Positions 27,485 through 35,809 of a stretch of DNA of 64,000 bases are shown here, in pieces. The DNA lies in the NCBI GenBank assembly GCA_963806035.1, contig CAWDWO010000026.1, positions 136,092 through 200,091 of the forward strand, in the 5' to 3' direction. Both the position numbers and the translations under genes were made by a program. The number at the start of each line of letters is the position of its first letter. Within the stretch, counting starts at the first letter, position 1. Below the pieces are notes generated by a model. It was not told where the DNA came from, did not search any database, and saw only the letters and a list, made by a program, of their open reading frames with translations. The stretch is from Candidatus Krumholzibacteriota bacterium (GTDB lineage: Bacteria; Krumholzibacteriota; Krumholzibacteriia; JAJRXK01).

Positions 27485-29196
27485 GAGCCAGCTCGCGCTC
27501 GCGATGATCGAAGAAGTCCACGGGCGACTTGAGCCGCGGCGCGCTTCTCTCCGCCCACCATCCGGCTGAGTTCGGCGAGGCGTTGATCGCCGTGGACCTG
27601 GCCTATGCGCGCCAGGGTCCGTTCCCCGCTGGAAGATTTTTCGGCCACCAGGTGCGTGGCCGCGGCGGCAGCGACCGCGGGCAGATGGGTGATGACCAGG
27701 ACCTGGAGCGCGTCGGACATCGCCGACAGTCGCCGCGCCAGGGCTGGTCCGAGATCGGCCCCTACCCCGGCATCCACCTCGTCCAAGATCAGAAGAACGG
27801 GACGCGTGCCCGTCACCGCGAGGGTCTGGAGGACGAGACTGATGCGGCTCAACTCCCCGCCGCTGGCAATCCTCTCGATGGGACCGGGAGCTTCACCGCG
27901 ATTGGTGCGCACGAACAGTCTGACGCTACCGGGACCTTCCCTGGAGGGCGTGATCCGCGTGCCGGCGAGCTTGATGGGTCCCTCGGGATCCGCCTGGAGA
28001 TCGAGCTCGAAACTCAATTCCGCCTCCGCCATCTTCAAATCCGCGAGCAACTCCTTGGCGGCGCGCGCGACTTTGCGCGCCACGCGGCGCCGCTCCTTCC
28101 ACAGGCGAACTCCGGCCTGCTCCAGCGCGGCGACGGATTCTCTCAGCGGCGCCAGCAGACGCTCGGGCTCCGCTTCCTCCCAGTCCTCCCCGTCGAGTTC
28201 GCCGCTGAGTTTCTCCAGCAGGCGCAGCAGTTCGCTCTCGCTACGTGCGTACTTACGGCAGAGCGATTCGAGTTGGGACAAACGGGCCTGGTCGGCGTCG
28301 AGGGCTTCCGGACTGAAATCGGCGCTGTCAAGAAATCGCTCGAGTTCGCGCGTCGCCTCGCTCGCCAACTCGAGCGACTGCAACAGCGCCTCCCGCGCTT
28401 CGCCGATCACCGCGATGGAGTCTCCCGCGCGTTCGAGCGCTTGGATGGCGCTCGACACCTCACTCACCGCACCTCCCTCATCGCTCTCCAGGCGCGCCAA
28501 GGCCGTCCGCGCCGCCTCGAAGATCTGCGCGCCGTGCATGAGCAGCTCCACTCGTTCGCGCAGCTGCTCCATCTCCCCCTCTTGCAAATGCGCGTCCGCC
28601 AGCTCGCGCCGTTGGAAGAGGAGAATCTCGCGCTGAGCGAGAAATTCCTCGCGGCGCTTCTGCCACAGAGAGAGTTCGCGTTTGCAGCTCTTGTAGCGAT
28701 CGTAGGCCGCTTCCCATTCCTCGCGCAGCTCGGCCGAAACCCCGCAGTCGTCCAAGAGGCCGCGATGACGCGCCGGGTCTTGAATCTGCGTCTGCTGGTG
28801 TTGACTGAAGAGTTCGAGCAGCCGCTCACAAATCGCGCGGAGGTGGTTGGCGGAGGTGAGATTGCCGTCCAAAAATGCGCGCGAGCGCCCGTTGCGCCGC
28901 AGCTCGCGCCGCAGGGTGAGGATGCCGTCCGCCGAGAGTTCCACTCCGAGTTCGGCGAGCCAAGCCGCAGCAGAGGGACTCTGCTGCAGATCGAAGATGG
29001 CCTCGGCCGAGGCCCAGTCCTCACCGGCGCGAATCAAGCTGGATTCGGTCTTCTCTCCGCGTAACCAGCGAACCGCCTCCACCACCAGTGACTTACCCGC
29101 GCCGGTACTGCCACTGAGCGCATTGAGTCCCGGTCCCAGTGAGAGGGAAACGTCGCGGGCGATCGCGAGGTTCTTGAGACGCAGTTCGGCGAGCAC
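27481..29196 (-). CDS. recN: DNA repair protein RecN
   Basis: MLAELRLKNLAIARDVSLSLGPGLNALSGSTGAGKSL Walker A, long coiled coil, C-terminal ABC signature and Walker B (LLILDEVDAGVG). Confidence 0.9.
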   Translation of the reverse strand: MLAELRLKNLAIARDVSLSLGPGLNALSGSTGAGKSLVVEAVRWLRGEKTESSLIRAGEDWASAEAIFDLQQSPSAAAWLAELGVELSADGILTLRRELRRNGRSRAFLDGNLTSANHLRAICERLLELFSQHQQTQIQDPARHRGLLDDCGVSAELREEWEAAYDRYKSCKRELSLWQKRREEFLAQREILLFQRRELADAHLQEGEMEQLRERVELLMHGAQIFEAARTALARLESDEGGAVSEVSSAIQALERAGDSIAVIGEAREALLQSLELASEATRELERFLDSADFSPEALDADQARLSQLESLCRKYARSESELLRLLEKLSGELDGEDWEEAEPERLLAPLRESVAALEQAGVRLWKERRRVARKVARAAKELLADLKMAEAELSFELDLQADPEGPIKLAGTRITPSREGPGSVRLFVRTNRGEAPGPIERIASGGELSRISLVLQTLAVTGTRPVLLILDEVDAGVGADLGPALARRLSAMSDALQVLVITHLPAVAAAAATHLVAEKSSSGERTLARIGQVHGDQRLAELSRMVGGEKRAAAQVARGLLRSSRARAGS

Positions 29197-29200
29197 GTCT

Positions 29201-30106
29201 TCAGTCCCCGTCGTAGTCGCCGTCGTCGCGGCCTTCGTTCAGAGTGCGGGGGGTTCCGCCCCAGCGCAATTTCTCGTGGATGATCTCGAAGAAATTCCGC
29301 CGCGGCAGCCGGATGAGATAGGCCGGCTCGTGCGCGCGCCGGAAGGCGATGTGGTCGCCGGTGATCACGTGCTGCCGCAGCTGTCCGTCGCCCGAGATGA
29401 CCCCGTCAGGACAGTCGTGCAGAATGATTTCCAGAGGATGGTTGTGGTGCAGCAGAAGCGGCCGTACGGCCAGGCTGTGCGGGCAGATGGGCGTGATGAC
29501 CAGCGCGTCCATGGCGGGATCCACGATGGGACCTCCCGCGGAGAGCGAGTACGCCGTGCTGCCGGTGGGCGTGGAGACGATGAGTCCGTCCGCGAGATAG
29601 CGTCCCAGCGAGGAAGAGTTCACCTTGACTTCGAGGTCGAGCACGCGCGGGGTGGCGCCCATGTTGAGCACCACGTCGTTCAGCGCCGTCAGTTCGCAGA
29701 CGATTTCGCCCTCGCGCTGCACGGCCGCGCTGACCTTACGCCGCTTTTCGATGCGGTAGTTGCCCTCGGCCAAAGTGCTGATCGCGCTCGCGATCTCTTC
29801 ATGCCTCACTTCCGCCAGGAAGCCGAGACTGCCCAGATTGATTCCCAGCAGCGGAATCTTGTCCTTGCCCACCAGTCGCGAGGCCATCAAGAAAGTGCCG
29901 TCCCCGCCGAGCGTGATGATTGCATCGACGAAGCGAGCCATCTCCTCCTGCTTGACCACCGCTCCCTTCAAACCGAGTTCGGCGGCCAAGGCTTGCGACA
30001 TGACCGGTTGGAATCCGTTGGTCAAGAGCTCCCGTCGGCAAACATGCACCGCATCTCTGACGATGGGTTTCGTGAGATTCGCGATGAGCCCGATTCGTGT
30101 GAGCAC
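29201..30106 (-). CDS. nadK: NAD kinase
   Basis: GGDGTFL and NDVVL motifs; ~300 aa. Confidence 0.85.
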   Translation of the reverse strand: MLTRIGLIANLTKPIVRDAVHVCRRELLTNGFQPVMSQALAAELGLKGAVVKQEEMARFVDAIITLGGDGTFLMASRLVGKDKIPLLGINLGSLGFLAEVRHEEIASAISTLAEGNYRIEKRRKVSAAVQREGEIVCELTALNDVVLNMGATPRVLDLEVKVNSSSLGRYLADGLIVSTPTGSTAYSLSAGGPIVDPAMDALVITPICPHSLAVRPLLLHHNHPLEIILHDCPDGVISGDGQLRQHVITGDHIAFRRAHEPAYLIRLPRRNFFEIIHEKLRWGGTPRTLNEGRDDGDYDGD

Positions 30107-30128
30107 TGTGCGGCTCCTCTGGAGGTTC

Positions 30129-32063
30129 TCAACTCTCGTGATTCTGCGAACGCCGATGGTGCCCGAGGTCGATCCAGCGCTCGTCCAGGATGAGCCGATT
30201 GCGAATTTCGCCGGCGATCGAGGGAGCGTGCAGGCCGCACTGTTCGTGCAGCTTGTTGGGCGGCCCGTGCTGCTGGAAGCGGTCGGGTAGACCGAAACGC
30301 AGCACGCGCGGAGGATGCTTGAGATTCTCGTGGAACAACTCGAGCACCGCCGAGCCGAATCCGCCGGACAGGGTATTCTCCTCGATCGTCACCACCAATT
30401 GATGCGTCGAGGAGAGCTCCAGGAGCAATTCCTCGTCGAGGGGCTTCACGAAGCGCGCATTCACCACGGTGGAACTGATCTGCGACTCCTGAAGGATCTC
30501 GGCGGTCTCGCTGGCCAGCTGCACGCCGAAGCCGATCCCGATGAGGAGGACCTCCTCCCCTTTGCGCAGCACCTCGCCCTTTCCGATCGGCAGCGGCTTG
30601 TAGTCCTTTTCGAGTTTGACTCCCAAGCCCGCGCCCCTCGGGAAACGCACCGCGATCGGTCCCGCGTCGTAGGCGAGGCCGGTCGCGATCATCCGCTGCA
30701 GCTCGTTCTCGTCCTTGGGTGACATGATCACCATGTTTGGTACCGCGCGCAGGTACGAGAGATCGAAGGCGCCGTGGTGTGTGGGTCCGTCCGCCCCCAC
30801 CAACCCGGCCCGGTCCAGGGCGAAGAAGACATTCAACTTTTGCAGGGCGACGTCGTGGATGACCTGGTCATAGGCGCGCTGCAGAAAGGTGGAGTAGATC
30901 GCGCACACCGGCTTCATCTGGCGGCAGGCTAGGCCGGCGGCGAAGGTCACCGCATGCTGTTCGGCGATCCCCACGTCGAAAAAGCGGTCCGGGTATTCGT
31001 GGGCAAAGGCTTTCAATCCCGTCCCCTCGGGCATCGCGGCCGTGATCGCGACCACCCGCCGGTCGTCCCTGGCCAGTTCCACCAGAGCGTTCCCGAAGAC
31101 CGAGGTGTACTTCGGTGCGCCCTTGGACTTGGGTGCGGCGGTGACTCCCTCCTTGGGATCGAAACGCGAGACGCCGTGGTATTTGGCCGCGTCCTTCTCG
31201 GCGAAGGAATAGCCCTTCCCCTTGCAGGTGATGACGTGGAGCAGCGTGGGCCCCTTCAGATTCTTGACCTGCTCAAAGGTGGTGACGAGCAGGTCGATGT
31301 CGTGGCCATCCAGCGGGCCGAAGTAACGGAAGCCGAGCGACTCGAAGAGTTGTCCGGGGACCATCAGTGTCTTGAGCGCCTCTTTGACTCTGCCCGCCAT
31401 GTCCTGCGCTTTGGTGCCCTTGGGCAGCCTGCCCAAAAGCTTGAAGATCTCGGCCTCCATCGCGGTGTACACCCGACCGGAGGTGATCTGGGTCAGGTAG
31501 CGGCTCATCGCGCCCACATTGCGCGAAATCGACATCTCGTTGTCGTTCAGGATGACGATGAGATCGCTGTCGAGCTGGCCGGCGTTGTTCATCCCCTCGT
31601 AGGCGATGCCGCCGGTGAGTGCGCCGTCTCCCACCACTGCGATGACGTGGTGGCGTTCCCGGCGCAGATCGCGCGCCTTGCAGTAGCCCAGAGCGGCGGA
31701 AATGGCGGTGGAGGCGTGGCCCACGCCGAAGGTGTCGTGTTCGCTCTCACTGCGCTTGGGGAATCCCGAGATCCCCCCGTATTGCCGAATGGTCGAGAAC
31801 TGTTCGCGGCGTCCCGTGAGCAGCTTGTGCCCATAGGCCTGATGTCCCACGTCCCACACGATCTTGTCGCGCGGCGAATCGAAGGCGTGGTGCAGCGCAA
31901 CCGTGAGTTCGGCCACCCCGAGGCTCGCTCCCAGGTGTCCTCCGATCTCGCTCACCACGCGCAGAATCTCCGCGCGCAACTCGTCCGCGAGCTGACGCAG
32001 TTCCTCGGGGCTCAGGCCCGAGACCTGATCCGGGGATTCGATTCCGGGCAGAATTGGAGCCAT
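30129..32063 (-). CDS. dxs: 1-deoxy-D-xylulose-5-phosphate synthase
   Basis: TPP-binding motifs GHQAYGHKLLTGRR, GDGALTGG; ATG at 32063 (MAPILPGIESPD...) rather than the track start. Confidence 0.9.
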   Translation of the reverse strand: MAPILPGIESPDQVSGLSPEELRQLADELRAEILRVVSEIGGHLGASLGVAELTVALHHAFDSPRDKIVWDVGHQAYGHKLLTGRREQFSTIRQYGGISGFPKRSESEHDTFGVGHASTAISAALGYCKARDLRRERHHVIAVVGDGALTGGIAYEGMNNAGQLDSDLIVILNDNEMSISRNVGAMSRYLTQITSGRVYTAMEAEIFKLLGRLPKGTKAQDMAGRVKEALKTLMVPGQLFESLGFRYFGPLDGHDIDLLVTTFEQVKNLKGPTLLHVITCKGKGYSFAEKDAAKYHGVSRFDPKEGVTAAPKSKGAPKYTSVFGNALVELARDDRRVVAITAAMPEGTGLKAFAHEYPDRFFDVGIAEQHAVTFAAGLACRQMKPVCAIYSTFLQRAYDQVIHDVALQKLNVFFALDRAGLVGADGPTHHGAFDLSYLRAVPNMVIMSPKDENELQRMIATGLAYDAGPIAVRFPRGAGLGVKLEKDYKPLPIGKGEVLRKGEEVLLIGIGFGVQLASETAEILQESQISSTVVNARFVKPLDEELLLELSSTHQLVVTIEENTLSGGFGSAVLELFHENLKHPPRVLRFGLPDRFQQHGPPNKLHEQCGLHAPSIAGEIRNRLILDERWIDLGHHRRSQNHES

Positions 32064-32157
32064 GGATTCCTTTTCCTCCTCGTCCTTGAAGGCGGGCCCT
32101 CTCCGGCCGCGCTTCTGCAGTCTATCCCAGCCCTTGGAAACCGCCAAGGGACGAGCT

Positions 32158-32628
32158 TCAGGGCAAATAGTAGTAGGCCAGCCCCAGGACAATCCCCAGG
32201 ACCACTCCCGCCAGGACATGGGCGGGCCGGTGGTTGTAGGAACTCCCCAGCAAGAGCTCCTGGAAGGAGAAGGGGCGCGCGAGACGCCCCTGGAGGCGCT
32301 GCGCGACCGCGAAGGCGAGAGTTCTCCCCTCCTCGACCCGGCCCTTCACCCTCATCGCGTCATGAAGAATGATAGCGCCATAGATCAGAACGGCATTGTA
32401 GGCCGGGTCCTGGCCCCCTCGCGCGCACCAGATGAGGGTCGCAAGGCAGGCGAACACGACCGCGTGCAGGCTGGGAAAACCGTTGGAGGACACCAGAATC
32501 TTCAAGTTCTTCTGCCGCTGAAGCGCCCAATACAGAACGAACTTCAGGATCTGGACCGCCAGCGCGGCCAGGATCACGAAAGCCCAAATGGGCAGGATCG
32601 CGCCGGAAGTGCCTTCCTCAGCGAGCAC
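32158..32628 (-). CDS. divergent PAP2-family membrane protein (YuiD/DUF212-like)
   Basis: GFPSLHAV motif (cf. GMPSSHSA) and 3-4 TM helices; inserted between ispA and dxs. Confidence 0.5.
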   Translation of the reverse strand: MLAEEGTSGAILPIWAFVILAALAVQILKFVLYWALQRQKNLKILVSSNGFPSLHAVVFACLATLIWCARGGQDPAYNAVLIYGAIILHDAMRVKGRVEEGRTLAFAVAQRLQGRLARPFSFQELLLGSSYNHRPAHVLAGVVLGIVLGLAYYYLP

Positions 32629-33508
32629 GATGCACCAGGGAATCGCAGAGCCAGTTCAGCTCGGGCGACCAGAGGGAAAGTTCCTGCAGCTGAGAAGTGG
32701 ATTGGGCCAGAAAGTCGCGCGCCAGCTCTTCGCTCCTCTGCTTGCCGTGCGCTCGGAGAATGGTCAGCTTGCCCTGCTTCTGATCCTTGCCGGGACTCTT
32801 GCCCAGCTCCTGCGCGCTGGCGGTTTCGTCCAGGATGTCGTCGACGATCTGAAACGCGATCCCCAGCCGCACCCCGGCCTCCTCCGCTCCATCCACTACC
32901 GCCGGCTCCGCCTGGGCGCAGAGAGCCCCCAGAGCGAAACTGGCCCCGATCAGCGCGCCCGTCTTGAGACGATGAATGGTCTCCACCTCGGGACCTCCGG
33001 TCTGCTCGGCCGCCATGAGGTCCCACTGCTGTCCGCTGGCCATTCCCTGCACTCCCGCGCTGCGCGCCAAGCGCAGCACACAGGCGCTGGCGAGGGCGGG
33101 CGGTGCGATCTCCGCCAGGAGCTCGAAGGCCAGCGTCTGCAGCGCGTCGCCGGCGAGAATGGCCGTCGCTTCGTCGAAACTGCGATGACAGGAGAGCTGT
33201 CCGCGACGCAGGTCGTCGTCGTCCATCGCGGGAAGATCGTCGTGGATCAGGCTGTAGGTATGGAGCATTTCCAAGGCGATGGCGGCGTTCCAAATCGCGG
33301 GAGTACGCTGCGGCGAGCCGCCGGCCGCATCGTGGACCCACAGCGCCAAGAGAGGGCGCAGGCGCTTCCCCCCGCCCATCAAGCTGTACTCCATCGCCTC
33401 CAGCAGCCGTGGGGCCGCGCCCTCGCGCGCGCGCAGAGCCCGCCCCGCGCGACGGGTCAGCTCCTCGGCGTCGCTCCTCATCCTGTCCTGCGGGGTCACT
33501 TCCGTCAT
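32618..33508 (-). CDS. ispA: (2E,6E)-farnesyl / geranylgeranyl diphosphate synthase
   Basis: First and second Asp-rich motifs (LIHDDLPAMDDDDLRRG and FQIVDDILD); ATG at 33508 overlaps the folD stop. Confidence 0.85.
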   Translation of the reverse strand: MTEVTPQDRMRSDAEELTRRAGRALRAREGAAPRLLEAMEYSLMGGGKRLRPLLALWVHDAAGGSPQRTPAIWNAAIALEMLHTYSLIHDDLPAMDDDDLRRGQLSCHRSFDEATAILAGDALQTLAFELLAEIAPPALASACVLRLARSAGVQGMASGQQWDLMAAEQTGGPEVETIHRLKTGALIGASFALGALCAQAEPAVVDGAEEAGVRLGIAFQIVDDILDETASAQELGKSPGKDQKQGKLTILRAHGKQRSEELARDFLAQSTSQLQELSLWSPELNWLCDSLVHRAR

Positions 33509-34392
33509 TGGCTCGAAGTCCCCGTCCTTCGACCGTGGGAGAGCACCGTGTTGGAGAGAAGCATGGCGATGGTCATCGGGCCCACTCCTCCGGGAACCGG
33601 AGAGATCCACGAGGCGAGCTCGGCCACGCCGGGATCGACGTCGCCCATCAAGCGCGTCCCCTTGGGCGCGTCGGCGTCGGGCACGCGGTGCATGCCGACG
33701 TCGAGTACGGCCGCGCCCTCTTTCACGTGTTCGGCCCGCAGCAATCCCGGGGTTCCCGCCGCGGCGACGATGATGTCGGCCTGTCTGCCCAGCTCGGCGA
33801 GACCATGACTTCTGGAATGGTAGATCGTGACCGTCGCGTCCACGCCCTTCTGCGATAGCAAGGCGGCCATGGGGCGTCCCACGATCAACGAGCGGCCGAT
33901 GACCAGCGCGCGCTTCCCCGCCACTTCGATTCCGTGTTCTTTGAGCAGGGCCATGCATCCCGCCGGAGTGCAGGGGACGAACCGCGCCTGACCGCTGGCC
34001 AAAAGACCCACGTTCTCCGGGTGCAGTCCGTCCACGTCCTTCTGCGGATCGATCCAGGAGCGCACTTGTGCCGGATCGATGGCCTCGGGCAAAGGAAGTT
34101 GAACGAGGAGGCCGTCGACTGCATCGTCAGCGTTGACTCTCTCGACCGCCGCACGGAGCTCGCGCGCACTGGTGCTCGCCGGCAGGCGTTCGACTCCGCC
34201 CACGATTCCCATTTTCGCGGCGGCCTTTTCCTTGTTGCGCACGTAGATCGCGCTGGCCGGATCCTCCCCCACCAGGATCACTTTGAGTCCCGGAGGCCGG
34301 ACTCCCTGATCGATGCGGCGCGCCACTTCTTGCGCGAGCTCTCCGCGGATCTTCAGGGCCAGAGCCTTACCATCCAGGATGCGGGCACTCAT
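33505..34392 (-). CDS. folD: bifunctional methylenetetrahydrofolate dehydrogenase / methenyl-THF cyclohydrolase
   Basis: MSARILDGKALA... start, GLKVILVGEDPASAIYVRNK, VGRSLIVGRPMAALL motifs; ATG at 34392 overlaps the ymdB stop. Confidence 0.9.
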   Translation of the reverse strand: MSARILDGKALALKIRGELAQEVARRIDQGVRPPGLKVILVGEDPASAIYVRNKEKAAAKMGIVGGVERLPASTSARELRAAVERVNADDAVDGLLVQLPLPEAIDPAQVRSWIDPQKDVDGLHPENVGLLASGQARFVPCTPAGCMALLKEHGIEVAGKRALVIGRSLIVGRPMAALLSQKGVDATVTIYHSRSHGLAELGRQADIIVAAAGTPGLLRAEHVKEGAAVLDVGMHRVPDADAPKGTRLMGDVDPGVAELASWISPVPGGVGPMTIAMLLSNTVLSHGRRTGTSSQ

Positions 34393-35183
34393 GCTTCCTC
34401 CACGTCGACGAGACGTTCGTGAACTCTCTGTACGAAACGGGCCTTCCCGCTCTCCTCGTCCAGATCGACGATGAGTCCGCTCAGACGGGGGTCGCCACTG
34501 GCGACTTCGAAGCGGTGCGGAAGCCCGCTCACGAACTTGGCCAGAACGTTCTCCCGATCCATGCCGATCACCGAATCGTAAGGACCGGTCATTCCCAGAT
34601 CGGAGACAAAAGCGGTTCCCTCGGGGAGAATGCACTCGTCGGCCGTCGGCACGTGGGTGTGGGTGCCCACCACCGCGGAGACGCGACCGTCGGCGTAGAG
34701 CGCCATGGCCTTCTTCTCGCTGGTGGCCTCTCCGTGAAAGTCGAGCAGGAAGATATCCGCCGAAGAACGCAATTCCTCCAGGAGAGAATCGAGGGCCCTG
34801 AATGGACAGTCCAAAGGCGGCATGAAAACGCGGCCCTGCAGGCTCAGCACAGCGACCCGGGTGCCCGCGACTTCGGTGAGATGATAACGGCGTCCCGGAG
34901 TTCCCTCGGGATAGTTCGCCGGGCGCACCAGGCGCTCCTCCGCCTCGAGGTACGCTTCGCTTCCCCTGCGATCCCAGAGGTGGTTGCCTCCGGTCATGAC
35001 GTCGACCCCGGACTCGAGAATCTCGCGCCCGACTTTTTCGTTGAGACCGAATCCCGAAGCGGCGTTCTCGACGTTTGCCACCACGAGCTGAGGCGCGTAG
35101 GAGTTCTTGACCCCCGGCAAGAGACGTCGCAGAGCCTTCCGGCCGGGACGCCCCACGATGTCTCCGATGAAAAAGATGCGCAT
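34389..35183 (-). CDS. ymdB: YmdB-family metallophosphoesterase (2',3'-cyclic-nucleotide phosphodiesterase-like)
   Basis: MRIFFIGDIVGRPGR start, GNHLWD and GTHTHV metal-ligand motifs. Confidence 0.8.
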   Translation of the reverse strand: MRIFFIGDIVGRPGRKALRRLLPGVKNSYAPQLVVANVENAASGFGLNEKVGREILESGVDVMTGGNHLWDRRGSEAYLEAEERLVRPANYPEGTPGRRYHLTEVAGTRVAVLSLQGRVFMPPLDCPFRALDSLLEELRSSADIFLLDFHGEATSEKKAMALYADGRVSAVVGTHTHVPTADECILPEGTAFVSDLGMTGPYDSVIGMDRENVLAKFVSGLPHRFEVASGDPRLSGLIVDLDEESGKARFVQRVHERLVDVEEA

Positions 35184-35199
35184 GAAGTCACTCTCGAAG

Positions 35200-35400
35200 G
35201 GTGAATGGAGTAGGCCCGCAAGGCCGTGTGCACGGGACCCTTTGAACCATTCGGTTCAAGTGGAGTCCCTGCCACGAGCCTCGGCCTTTCCTTTCGCAAG
35301 ACTTGGCCTCGGGATCATGAACTGCGGAACTCCGTGGTCTACTTGTTGGCTCAAAAACGTCGGTGCATCACAAACACCGCAGGGATACTCCAATCGTCAA
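35200..35400 (-). ncRNA. ssrS: candidate 6S RNA (ssrS) in the zapA-ymdB gap
   Basis: 225-nt non-coding gap immediately 3' of zapA (the canonical ssrS position); the minus-strand RNA contains CCACUUGAACCGAAUGGUUCAAAGGGUC, which resembles the conserved E. coli 6S 3'-bubble hairpin CACCUUGAACCAAGGGUUCAAGGGUU; flanking GGAGUA/UACUCC can close a long stem. Confidence 0.45.
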
Positions 35401-35408
35401 AGAAAGCC

Positions 35409-35696
35409 TCAGCCGGGGATCTTCTCCAGGCTTTTCAGCAGCTTCTGTGCGCGTTTGCGCAGCTCTTTGTGAGTGCGCTGGCGGCCTTCCCTCTCCTGGA
35501 AGAGCTCGTCGGCGATGTTCAAGGAGGCGAGGATTGCCACCCGCAAGGAGGTGATCTGGCTCGTCGAGGAAGCAACCTCGTTCATGCGCTCGTCCACGTA
35601 CTTGGCGATTTCGCGCACGTAAGCCGCATCATCTCCGCCACGGACACTGTAATCCTGGCCGAAGATCGTGACCGTGGTCACACCAGGCTCCATCAC
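35409..35696 (-). CDS. zapA: cell division protein ZapA
   Basis: 95 aa; VTIFGQDYSV...REIAKYVDERM, typical ZapA; strong RBS GGGGGAGG. Confidence 0.8.
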   Translation of the reverse strand: MMEPGVTTVTIFGQDYSVRGGDDAAYVREIAKYVDERMNEVASSTSQITSLRVAILASLNIADELFQEREGRQRTHKELRKRAQKLLKSLEKIPG

Positions 35697-35809
35697 TGCC
35701 TCCCCCTCTGAGGTCTGTAGCTACTTCGTCGCGCGTACCGCCGGCTGCGGTCCTCTCGTCCACGAGTACTTCTAGCTTAATCCGGCGGCCTGCCTCACGG
35801 CAAGCGCGC

